A stretch of 64,000 nt of DNA from Podarcis filfolensis. Taxonomy: Eukaryota. The first letter of the stretch is position 1, and every line of letters starts with the position of its first letter. The notes under the pieces are model-generated. The model was given only the letters and a program-made list of their open reading frames with translations. It made no database searches and was not told the DNA's origin. Positions 11,601 through 21,937 of the stretch are shown piece by piece. The position numbers were made by a program, and so were the translations under genes. The stretch lies in the NCBI GenBank assembly GCA_964270895.1, contig OZ185437.1, one strand, 5' to 3'.

Positions 11601-13085
11601 GAAGCAAATGATGAAGAATCTAGTACTTGTGGTAGGAATAGTATGAGGTCAAACATTTTTAAAAAGCTTCCATTAGTTCCCTCATGGAACTTAAGTGGCA
11701 TATGTGGTCCCTTGCCCCATTTATCCTCATGGCAATTTACCAAGGTAGGTTGGCCTGAGAGAGAGTGAAAGGCCAGTAGATCTCTAGTGAGCTTCATTGG
11801 CTGAGCAGTGATTTGAATTCACTCCCACAGGAGGCAGAGATGGCCACCAACCTGCATGACTTGAAAAGAGGATGAGACAAATTCATGGAGGAGAGGGCTA
11901 TCAATGGCTATACTCTGCCTCCACAGTTGGAGGCAGTAATGCTTCTGAATACCAGTTGCTGGAAACCATGCGAGGAGAGAGTGTTCTTGTGCTTGAATCC
12001 TGCTTGCTGGTTTCCCACAGGCATCTGGTTGTTCCCTGTGAGAATAGGATGCTTTCATTGGCATCCTGATGGGTCATTGACCTGGTCCAGCAGGCTCTTC
12101 TTCTGCTCTGGTCCCAGGGTGCTCACTTGCTCACATATGACCTAACATCTCTCTATAGCCTCTGTGACCACAGAGTTTTATAGCCACAGAATTGGTTATA
12201 AGGTGAGAGGGCTCCGTTCTAGGGAGCGAGGTCTGAATTTGTGAGATAAGCCACGTGAGTGAAATGTACGTGTGGCAGGGAAAGCAAGTGCTAAGACAGA
12301 CATTGTGCCTACTATTATTTATCTAACTTGTTAGCCATTTAATTCAGAAGTATAAAGTTTTTAAGCACCAGTTTACAAAAATAATGTAATTTTGAGGGTA
12401 ATGACAGTTTTTATTGGAAAGTGCAGCTGCAAATTCTACCCCAACCCTTTCCAACATATGAATAATCTTTGTGTGGGGCAGAAAGAGTATCAATTTGCTT
12501 CCTTATTCTTTTTGAGCCTGTTCTATGTGTAAGCAGCTGTGCAACAACCCTTACTGTGGGGATGTTCAGCTGCTTAAATAATTACAGGGGGATTGTTTCC
12601 CCATGGAGTTTTGCTTTTCTTTTCTGTGTCCCTGCTTGTTTCCTCATCTTTTGGTCCTGTCTCGAATTCAGCAGCAAGCAAGACAAGTGTATACTTCCAA
12701 CTGAGCCATCAGTGTTACATTGAGGATGCCTTGAAAATAAGTGAATTGCTTTGAACACTAAAATTAAAGCAAGCTCCATATACCAACTTTCCAGTATGGT
12801 CAGATTTTGAAGCCATACTCTTTAGATAGAATGGAAGGAAGCTAAAGAATACTGCTTTCATTCCTATCTGAAGAGGGTTCATGTTTGAAAGAATAACAAA
12901 TCTTTTGAGATCATACTAATTTCGTCTACTTGCCCAGAATAAGTGTTGTTTTATGCTATTTATGTCTTAAGATGTTCTTGATTATCTCTTTTTTTGGGGG
13001 GGACAGGAGTGATTATGAAGAAATGCCACTTCAGAACGGCCAAGCCATCAGAGCCAAATTCAAGGAAGAATCGGACAGTGATTAA
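972..13085 (+). CDS. TMEM181: Transmembrane protein 181 (GPR178, Wntless-like family), 5'-partial; first coding exon(s) lie upstream of the window
   Basis: Coding exons: 972-1027, 2209-2299, 2658-2788, 3539-3646, 3908-3988, 4424-4523, 5400-5530, 6074-6165, 6953-7010, 8788-8890, 8995-9046, 10329-10411, 10925-11014, 11408-11474, 13007-13085 (TAA). All junctions are phase-compatible (1322 nt = 2 + 440 codons). Translation includes PLSTYNQQLWLTCVVELDQ, HNRTRTL, WKTYN.AFS..EIWFRF, CLFAHSLRKFSMRDWGIEQKWMS, DPFFPLSFL.NSW.PGMLDDLFQS and SDYEEMPLQNGQAIRAKFKEESDSD*, matching recalled human TMEM181. All introns are GT-AG except 10412-10924 (AT-AC). Confidence 0.97.
1751..1812 (+). mobile_element. tRNA-derived SINE 5' fragment (Squam2/Anolis-SINE2-like)
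   Basis: A box (actcagtggcagaac) and B box (agattcaatccc) around the tgcatgcagaaggtccc motif. Related copies on the minus strand at about 20575-20675, 42405-42465 and 62985-63120. Confidence 0.55.
2566..2605. repeat. (AT)20 microsatellite
   Basis: Direct reading. Confidence 0.95.
5155..5320 (-). mobile_element. Degenerate L2 LINE 3' fragment
   Basis: Resembles the antisense L2 3' end pattern (aaggcctg..gaaaaag ... ccactgagaaggc). Assigned by recall only. Confidence 0.4.
6205..6236. repeat. Perfect 16-bp tandem duplication (TCTCTGATCACTAAAT)x2
   Basis: Direct reading. Confidence 0.9.
7145..7578. mobile_element. Solo-LTR-like insertion, 434 bp
   Basis: Begins TG (TGTAATGG) and ends CA (CCCTGACA), flanked by a perfect 5-bp TSD GATAG (7140-7144 and 7579-7583). 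GC- and CpG-rich against an AT-rich intron. Confidence 0.75.
7836..8130 (+). mobile_element. CR1 LINE 3' end
   Basis: gggctgtcacatgaaagatggagcaagcttgtt ... ggagattctgactaaacatcagga ... attcctgcattgcaggggttggact...ccttccaact..ctacaattctattattct, the typical CR1 terminal RT region, 3'UTR and ATTCT tail. Confidence 0.85.
9142..9608. mobile_element. Tc1/mariner-type MITE (outer), interrupted by a second MITE
   Basis: TIRs CAGTCAAACCTCGG / CCGAGGTTTGACTA, flanked by TA (9140-9141, 9609-9610). Confidence 0.8.
9237..9460. mobile_element. Tc1/mariner-type MITE (inner), 224 bp
   Basis: TIRs CAGTGGTACCTC / GAGGTACCACTG with TA duplication (9235-9236, 9461-9462). Confidence 0.85.
9850..10226 (+). mobile_element. 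Sauria SINE, full length
   Basis: GGGACGTGGGTG head, B box GGTTCGAATC, central gcaagtag.taaataggtac core, (ACCTTT)n tail. 12-bp TSD TAACATTTGCCC at 9835-9846 and 10227-10238. Confidence 0.92.
10412..10924 (+). other. U12-type (minor spliceosome) AT-AC intron of TMEM181, 513 nt
   Basis: 5' site ATATCCTTT (10412-10420), branch site TCCTTGAC (10908-10915, branch A 10914), 3' end CCAC at 10924. Splicing restores HYHN-S-AEFLSFYGLLNF. Confidence 0.95.
11690..11822 (-). mobile_element. CORE/MIR-like SINE fragment (Squam3-like)
   Basis: ccatttatcctca...ggtaggttggcctgagagagagtga...gtgagcttcattggctgagcagtgatttgaa, antisense to the copy at 38791-39012. Confidence 0.6.
11829..12110 (+). mobile_element. 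CR1 LINE 3' end (older subfamily)
   Basis: aaaagaggatgagacaaattcatggaggagagggctatcaatggcta ... ggcatctggttg..ctgtgagaataggatgct ... gacctggtccagcaggctctt. Confidence 0.75.
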
Positions 13086-13108
13086 GTTTTCAGAGAAGTT
13101 TTCAGAGA
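13085..13108 (+). repeat. 12-bp tandem duplication (AGTTTTCAGAGA)x2 starting in the TMEM181 stop codon
   Basis: Direct reading. Confidence 0.85.
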
Positions 13109-14992
13109 AGTGACCTGCTCTATGAGAACAAAAGCAATTTTGACACTCTTCCCCACCCCCACCCCCCTGAAAATCTTTTTCCTGAGTCTACTGTTAACTG
13201 ATCATAGACTTCTGTGGAAGGATTTCCTGTTTCTCCCTTTCTGTTTACAAACCAAAAACTGAAGTGGGAGAGGGCGGAGAATATAATTTTTAGGGAAGAG
13301 TTATTTTGTAAACTCAAAGTGTACCCTACCCTCTTTTTAGAAAACAGTTGTGATGGGATGCCTCCAGACCAGATTGTTTGGGGAGCTTGTTGTGCACTGT
13401 CACAGCTAATACTTTGATTTCCTCATAGTTACTATTTACTTGGAATATAGTATTGAGATGCTTATTTTTTACTCCCAAATAATTTTATTTTGACATTTGC
13501 AAACCGTGTTTGCAGAGAAGGGGAGAGAGGAAATGCCCCAGCTCCCAACGTCATTCAATCCCAAACTTACTCTGATTAGAATCTGCTTGGCACTTCCAAC
13601 ACCTTGAGAAACCTCAATTTCTGTTTTCCCATTTCAGGGGTTGAAAGGTGGTGGGTAGGAATTGCAATTGTGATTCAGCACTGTACGTGACTTGAATTAA
13701 ATGAAGGAGTTTTTTCAGTTATCTGATTTTGTGATTGCGATTAAGCACACCAGTTCAGCTTCTTCTGAGACCGACATAATTCTATATAATTGTATTGGAA
13801 GAGCAAAGTAATTTGAGAAAGAAGGTGTTCTAAGGCTGCTTTATCTTAAAACAACAGTCACATTCGGTGCACCTGAGCGTCTTCTGCCTGTGTAAATGAT
13901 GACTGAATGCCGCTTGCTGCTGTTAATTAAGAGGGAACAATATATAATTTCAACACACATTCCCTTAAATTCTGTAAATGTTTTTCCACTCCCCCCGAAT
14001 AAGGGTGTTTTAAATAGTTTGGTATTTCATAACCAGTAGTATAGAAACACACATTATGTGTTGGATGTGAACCTAGGTGGGCTCTTGGAGATATTTGGGT
14101 AGGAAATTCTCTTCATTTAACTGAGCACGATCCAAAATGGTGGTTGATCCATTTTGTTGAACCAACTGTATAAACCGGCAAGGTAAATTGGAGCCTTCAA
14201 ATTACAGAGAAGTCTTCAGATTTCAGAGTTCTGTAATAATTGTTGGAACGTGACGGTATGTTATGACCATGTGGAGGCCACTTGAAACAGCCTTTGTACG
14301 ATGCCTGCCACATATGCGGAAGACAATGGCTAACATGGAATGAATCATCCTCATTGCATGCATACAATGGGACCAAGCCACTATACACATTGCAGCAATG
14401 GTGTGGTGAAGCCTCTGTGTTGTGGTTGTGATGTGTGTACTGGACTGTAGTTGGTTCAATGAAAGGTATGATCTGAGCCATTTTGTGTTATGTTTTACGA
14501 TAGGCATTTCTCTTAGCTCATCTTCAGACACACCTAAAATGGCAGCTTTCGTGTGTTCCATTCTTACCCTTGCTGGAAATGTGCACTACTGAAGTTGATA
14601 CAGTTTAGCAGAATGGTGCTTCCAATCACAGTTTATTGAGAAATGCCTCTTTATTCTCCCACCCTGGTAGTTTTGGTTCTGAATGGATTTATTAAAATAG
14701 TATGACGGGAAAATCGTGGATAGCCCTCCTACCTCACAGAAGCTGTCAGTATTTTCATGTGCTTTTTCAAGCCCATGTTCCTGCCTATAAATAACTCCAG
14801 TAGGTTCCTTTTGCAGAAACACTTTGTTATATCACTGACCAAAACAAAAATGACCAATATGCAAGGACTGAAGACCCTTTTTGAGTTGAATGTAAAAGTT
14901 CAGTGCATTTCTGCTGGTCACACTTGAATTGCTATTTGCATCTCTTGCTTGGCAAACCTTGTTGTAACATAATTCAAGCTGCAGAAACAGTC

Positions 14993-15470
14993 TACAGGTA
15001 ACTTGCATCTTATGCAGGGGTCGCGTTCCTGGCCATCGCGGTTATAAGCAAAATTGTGTAAAGCCCCAAAAGACCCCTAGCAAGCCATTCAGCAACCATT
15101 TTTAAAATCACTGTACTTAACTGGTGAGGGACGAATGCGGTTCTTCGTCTTCTGCATCCTTTCCCTTGCTGGATGCTGCTGCAGATGATACGAAGACCCC
15201 GGGGAGTTGACTGGTAGCCAGAAGAAGTGCTTGGCTGTGGTTCAGATCCAGAGGTGGGTTGCCTGGGCACATCTGCTGTTGCTAGTTTCTTTGTAAGGAA
15301 CACGGTGATTGATAGGTGCTGCTGTTGTCTCTTGGGCTCGTCAAACATTTCCTTGCATGGTCTCAGAATGTCTGTATTCCCACAGATGATCTTGAGGATG
15401 TATTCCATGGAGGGATCAGATCATAAGCGTAGAAAAGTTGAGAAAATTTCTGTAGGCTCCAACTTGCTGA
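14993..15470 (-). mobile_element. Tigger/pogo DNA transposon remnant (transposase C-terminus plus terminal region)
   Basis: Minus-strand translation DPSMEYILKI...RPCKEMFDEPKRQQQHLSITVFLTKK...EPQPSTS resembles Tigger transposase C-termini. cttatgcaggggtcgcgttcc near 15010 resembles Tigger ends. Confidence 0.55.
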
Positions 15471-16116
15471 CCCATGCTCTCCATCATCATCCTCGCATAC
15501 TGAACTTGAGCTGACCAGTTCCTTTAGCAATTCAGCAGTCAATACCTGTTTGGCCCTCAGTTAACTCTGCAGTCTGAAGTTTCTCCACACCCTTTAGTTG
15601 TCTCTCCAAACCCCTCCACAAGTCTCTCTGGCCACCTCTGATCACCCTCTATGCCTAAACACTCTTACGAAGGCTGCTGGCTCTTTCTCCTTGCTGTCAT
15701 GCCCCCTCTTTCCCCCTTGCATACCATTTTCTTATTTTCCCCCTGTGCCTGCCATTTTTGCACCACTTTTGGGCAACGTGCATAATGCTGAGAGTGTGCC
15801 TGTTAAATAAGCGTCAGATGCGAGTTACCTGTAGTTACCTGTTCATTCTGCTGTTACTGTTTTCTAGGAAAATAGGCTGGGATAATAAGAACCTTGTGCA
15901 TTAGTGGAAAGGACTTTCCTCTGTGGGTATATGAGAGAGTTGATGTGTGTGTGAGAGGGGGGGACTTTCTCAGTATTGGCTCTTCAGTATGTGCAAGGAG
16001 TTACTCTGGGAAAGGGTTAGTACTTGCAAAAAAACAAAAAAACAGCGCTTTGAATCCTGGCCATAGACAAGTATATGGTGATTGATACCTCAAGGCTACG
16101 AATAAACTGACCCAGT

Positions 16117-16401
16117 TTGCACATCATACTGAGCCAAACCATGGCTTAGTGCATACATACAGCCTCCTGAGGAGATCCCATTTGCTTTGCTACCCCCATC
16201 ATTTTGCTGCTGCTGCTGAACTAAGCCATGGTTTGCCTTACTGCATATTCTGAACCATGACCTCTGGGTTGAACAACACGATAAGGCAAACCATGGCTTA
16301 GCTCAGCAGCAAAATGAGCCGTGACAAGCAAAGCAGCTGTGATCCCCATTCTGGGAGCTTGCTGGTCCTAAACCACGGTTTGGCTTAGTGTGACATGTGA
16401 A
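16117..16401. mobile_element. Palindromic MITE-like element with nested inverted repeats
   Basis: Outer arms 16117-16149 / 16368-16401; inner arms 16214-16240 / 16282-16308 (26 of 27 complementary). Confidence 0.75.
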
Positions 16402-19086
16402 TTTACGGCACTGTGAAGGATTTGTTTGGCTGTTTTTGCAAGTAAATATCTACACTGAAATTAAAGCTATGAAAGAGTGTCATGCACTTTGCATATCAAA
16501 AGTACAAGACATAATATTAGTATAATCATCTAAATGTAATAGTTTGCTTTTGCTAGGTTTCTGATAAACCATTTCAGATGTTTTGTTCTGTGGCAATCAG
16601 CAAGTTAGAGTGCTAATATGTATTTAGTAAAATGTTGTTGTTCTTAACAGCAAATTAAAACCAAGGCATGGAGTATATTCTATGGATAATATCCAATGTT
16701 AGTCATACTCAGAATAGACCCATTTGAATCAATGGATTTCAGTAACTTGTTCATTGATTTCAGTGGATCTGAGTATGACTTTGCCTAAAATACTTTGTAA
16801 AACTTGGGAAACTAGATGTGTATTTTTCCTAATATTTTATATTGCTTGATATTGACCCCTAGTAATCATGTGAAAAAATTGTACTACTTGTCTTTTGATG
16901 TATATATTCTTTTAAATTATTGTTGGTTTCTCTTCTACATTTTAAATACCTAGGGTGATATTCAATTAATGAGTCCTGTCAGCCCTGTGTGAGGACTTCT
17001 GCTTGCAGAACAGTATTCAGGGGGACAAGAGGGGGGGGCGGTCATTACAAAGTCTGAATGCTTGCCCTTACAGAATGATCACTCAATTTTACTTAAGTTC
17101 CCAAGTTACCTTTTTCCTTAATTCTGGAGAAAATAAATGAATTCCTGAGTTAATTTCTTAATTAAATGTCCCTGAAGTTCATTGAACTTTAGGAATTGAA
17201 GGCTACTATTGCATTTGTCTCCACTAATCTCACTCATCTGACGAGTCCCAGGAACAAGCATTCAGCTGTGTTTCCCATTACAATTTTTAGTGCCATTTGT
17301 TCTTTTGTCACATCGCAACTTGTTTAAAATGCTCAGTGTTAAACACCTAGAACACTTAAAGTTGTCATATTGCAAACTGGGGAAAACACAAGGTAGTAGT
17401 AGAGACTATTTTCAGGTTTATTAATTGGAATTCTTTTGCACAGATATGATAATTGAGCACGGTATGTTGTATTTTTATTTTTTGCTAAGGGGTTCCCTAT
17501 GAATAGGAGAGTCGCTGGGAAAGCTGTTGTTTTCCTTTTAGCAGGGCTTCATAGGCTCTGTTCCATGGACCACAAGCTTCATTCAGGTAGTCTGCAGTGG
17601 GTCTGTAAAAATGCAGTTTAAAAGCATCCAGCAATGTAGTACTGCACGTTACAATTGCTACAAGCAGAAAAACCATTTAGAGGTCTGCCAAAAACCTCAG
17701 CAATTTTCAAGTGGTCCATGGGGGAAAACATTTGGGAATCACTGCCCTGCCGCTGGATGAGGGAGCTGTTAATGAAAGTGCCTTTGGATATGGTGTTTAG
17801 TTGGCTTCCACAAGGATCAGTTGCCAAGCAATTTTGCTTCAGCTGGGCTTTTGAGTGAGTATGAGCTAGATTCCCTCATCAAATAAAATAATTCCCAGTG
17901 GACAACTGCAGCAGTAATTCTTCTACAGTGGGAGAACATCGCCCACTACAAAGCATATTTTGTTTCATTGTGGGTTTTCTTTTTTAAAAAAAATGCGTCC
18001 CATCTTTTTTGTTGGCAGAAGTTGCTGCTTTTGAAATGGCTTCTGTAGTGTGTGTAAAAAGGCTTGCTGATGCCCACTGTTGGTGAAAAACATCTCTAAA
18101 GAAAATATGAGCATTGCCCTCCGTGCCCCACATATGGTGTAGCCTCCCCAAAAGTGCTTGTAGTTTTCGCCTACTTTGTCTTTGCCCTTGTTTAACATGG
18201 ATCACTTTTGCCTTAGCAGTTGTGATTGTCAGTTGCAGCGCTGTTTAGGTAAATATGCAGTTTGTACACACTGGCTTTTATGGTTAAAATTTCGATGTGC
18301 CAGTAAAGCTAAGAGGCGGTAATGTAACTAGGACTGTGTTCAACGTTCAGACAAGCTATAATCTTGTGTTTTGTCTGCTGCACCCTTCAGTTTCCGCCTT
18401 CAGGGAAAGTAGCCTGTAGTGTTCTCAAATTTTTAAATAGAAACTAGTGATTTTGGTGGTGGGATTCCCTGCTGCTGCTTTAGCATCTTTCCACCCACCC
18501 ACCACTTCTTTCTTCCTGGCTTAGTCACATAAGTGATCATCTACCAGCCAGAGATAGTGAAGGAGGAAGATGCTATACTGTCTTGTAGCCAATCAGATGT
18601 GGCTGTGTTATAATATCGCTGAGGTTGAGGGGCGGCAAGTTTAAACAAGCAAAGATTTCTACAGATTACACCAAAAAAAGCACTGACAAAAGGGTCACGG
18701 AAAACAATTTTTTTCTGAGTAATCTTGGCTCAGCCATAAGTGTAAACCCAGTAGAATCATGCCTAAGAACAAGAAATCTGTGTTTATATAAAGGTACATT
18801 GAAAGAAGTTTGTTTAGCAAGAAATTTGCAGCCTGATCCTGTGCGTGCTTACTCAGAAGCAAGTCCAAGTTGGTTCGATCAGACTTACTCCCACATGAGG
18901 TACAAAGCCTTACTTACAATGAGAGTTACTTCTAAATGGTGCCCAAGGCCATTACTGCATTTAAATGATGTAGTCACATCTGTTGCATTTTTAGCCATAT
19001 GTTCCAATTGTGCCAGTAATTGATATGAAAAGCGCCTTATGCTACTGTACAACTGAACTCAACATTTGTAAATAGATGTAAAATGA

Positions 19087-19092
19087 AATAAA
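19087..19092 (+). terminator. Candidate distal polyadenylation signal of TMEM181
   Basis: AATAAA preceded by several TGTA elements (including TGTAAATA 19067-19074). A second AATAAA lies at 19391-19396 and earlier ones at 16101 and 17132, so usage is not provable from sequence. Confidence 0.4.
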
Positions 19093-19620
19093 CCTCTAGA
19101 AAATATTTTCTACCAAAACATGGCTAGAACCTTTTCATAATATATGTTTACGTTAATGAAAAGTTGTAACTATAATTTTGCTTTTGGAAGGGTATGCATG
19201 GGGTACCTCAATGTGTCATCTTCATGCTTCAGGGTAGATGCTATTTGTTATTATGAGGCACTAGTAACATTGGTGATAACTTTCCCTGAGCAGGAATTTA
19301 AGAGTCAGTTTACTTTCAGTAAAATACTGGGCGCAGAGATGTTTTGGAGACTGTGCATAGTAAAATTACGTTCCAATCCAATGCATTCACAATAAAGTTT
19401 TATATAGAACCTTTGTGCCTATCTCAGTATTGTTCCTCCCCATACACAATCAATGGTGGCACGTTTATTTCCATGTGTGCATATGGAAATTCATTTGGTG
19501 GCATGTAATAGATAAGCTAAAACTGCTCTGGCTTCAGGATGAAAAAACTCTCAATTTCACTGACTTTTCATTGACCTGAATTTGATGGAAATAGATTTGA
19601 AATAGATTTGATGGAAATAG

Positions 19621-19723
19621 GGAAGTTTTTAACGTGTGATATTTTATTGTATTTTTGGTTTTTATGGAAGCCGCCCAGAGTGGCTGGGGAGGCCCAGCCA
19701 GATGGGCGGGGTATAAATAATAA

Positions 19724-19770
<47 letters not shown>
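19621..19770 (+). mobile_element. L2-type LINE extreme 3' end with (ATT)n tail
   Basis: ggaagccgcccagagtggctgggga...cagatgggcggggtataaataataa followed by (ATT)n at 19724-19770. Retained CpGs suggest a young insertion. Confidence 0.75.
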
Positions 19771-19771
<1 letters not shown>

Positions 19772-21629
19772 AATGCATCTGAGGAAAACAAAATTGGTTG
19801 TCTATATTTGGAAAAAAAAGTGACATCAAATGATGACACAGCTCAAAATAATGACGTCTAACTCTAAATATCTTCAGGAAGCATGGTGGACAACCAGCCA
19901 AAATTCCAGGGGGACAAGCAGAAGCTCCTTGATGCTACTTGATGGAACTGAGGTATGAGCAGGCCCAGTACTGGAACCTCACTTGCATGCGCACCAAACT
20001 CTGCCAAGTGCTCAGGGACAATAAATGGGGGTGCACGCCCCCTTTCTCTTTCCCGGCGAAGATAATTGGCAAACAATCTTTCTTGAAGTGCATGCTGTTG
20101 AACTGCCACCAGCTTTGCAACTGGATGATAGATGCTGCAATTGTCGGGGTCCAGTCTCACCACTGCCTTTCCCCCAGAAACTGCCGCAGTGAGAGCACTG
20201 CCAATGAGCACGAGTTTATAAACAAAGAAACACGTTAGTTTGCCGATATGGATTTGCAGGGCCTATGTTGGCCCTGGAGTGGGGGTGGGGAGAATTCTCT
20301 CATCCACCTGCAAACACCTGTGTGCTTGAATTTTTCAGATAAGCTTGCTATTTTAATGGAGTAGCAGTATGTTTTGTTCTTAGGCTTTTAAATGCCCTGT
20401 GGTTTCAGAAACACTGGAGCACAATAAGGCCATAAATACTAAACAATTATTTTAGTAACATGCTATTTAACATTAGTCTGTCCTACTCAGTTTTCCCAGG
20501 GGTCCCAACTGAACAAATTATGTTTCTTTATACTGTATCACACAATTGTTCTCCTCCATCTAGTCTCAGCCAGAGGACTTTCCCAGCCCTGCCAACCCAA
20601 GAAGCACTGAATGAGTGATGCCAGAGATTGAAGCTACATGAAAAGCATGTACCTCTCCTACTGTGCTATGGTCCATTCACAAACGCTAGCAACAATCCCA
20701 CTACTTGGAAACTGCAGTTCATGTTTTTGACCTCTTAATTATACAGACACTTAAGCAGAGTGCAGCCATACAGTCAAATTCACTTTACAGTAAAACAGCT
20801 CACTCATTCTGGAGTGTTCTGAAAAACACTTTGATGAAAAATATTGCATTCTGGCAATTCTTTGGGGTGTGTGGAATACTTATTATGTGGCTATTTTAAA
20901 TAACATTTAGCCCAATTGGTTGGTACAAGTCTACCATCTCAATAAGAGATGATTAGGCTCTCAAATGTCAGTTCACTCCTTAAGTGACAGCTTCTGTGTA
21001 CTAAGACACAGGGTCTTTATCCTACTTTGAGATCCCTGAGATGGAGCCTTGGATCTTTTACATTCAAAGGATGTGCCCTGTACTATGGCAAGCATGGATC
21101 AACATTCTGCTGCTTCTTGCCTCTGTTCTGTGAGGTGTGCTGGTCTCCCATTTTGAGAATGGGGTAAAATGAGGAGTACTTTCTCTACAATCAATTAACT
21201 TGGGGCCGCTCCTACTTATATGTTTGGTCAGGGAGCAAAGAACCATCTAAATTGATTTTTAAAAAGAATAAAACTCAATTTTACTTTAAAGAGAACTATG
21301 CACCTTGGAGCAATTAGCTGTTAGCCCCTCCATGCACCTAAAAGTTTTGGCTGCCATTAAAACTGGAGTTACTTTATATGGGAATGTTTAAAATACCTAC
21401 AGTTGTCTAGTGTAAATAACTGGAGCATTGGTGGCTCTATTGGGAGTTTTAGGGTACCACAGAAGCCCCCAAAAGGACTAAGCAGCTGAGCAAGTGCTTA
21501 AGGAATAACTGCACCCCCATTATTTCACAATGATCCATTAGGGCCAAGGCATGTGAGGTTAGCCTCACACTTGCTTGTGGAATGTACAGCTTTTATGAAT
21601 GCACATACACAAGTTCAGAACTTCAATAA

Positions 21630-21635
21630 TTTAAT
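21630..21635 (-). terminator. Candidate polyadenylation signal of DYNLT1 (ATTAAA)
   Basis: tttaat on the plus strand, about 300 nt after the DYNLT1 stop codon. Confidence 0.4.
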
Positions 21636-21937
21636 AACAAACAAAAGCATTGTGTGAAATTAGTCTTATTCAAACCAGTTGCAATAAAGCTGAAGAAGTG
21701 CAGCATGTTTCAGGTTTTAGCACCTTGAGAAAAGAGTCCTTAAAGTGTTAAGACAGGGAGTGATTTGATATGGATAAGAGGTGATGTGTTTATGTAACAG
21801 CATAGAAATTGCTTCCCCATTTTCTCACTAGAAGAAGACAGAAGTTCTTTAAAAACAAAGTTGTTCATTGAATTCACAGTTTTAGTGGATATATGAAATG
21901 GAAGAGATGACACAAAGGCTGAAGAATTCCAAGGCAA

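Noticed and set aside
14197-14561. Two overlapping minus-strand ORFs (94 and 112 aa)
   Set aside because: They fall in UTR-like sequence downstream of TMEM181, and I could not match them to any transposase or protein family.
19581-19620. ATTTGATGGAAATAG repeated before the L2 tail, considered as a TSD
   Set aside because: The repeat is entirely on the 5' side and is not reproduced after the (ATT)n tail, so it is a local tandem duplication.
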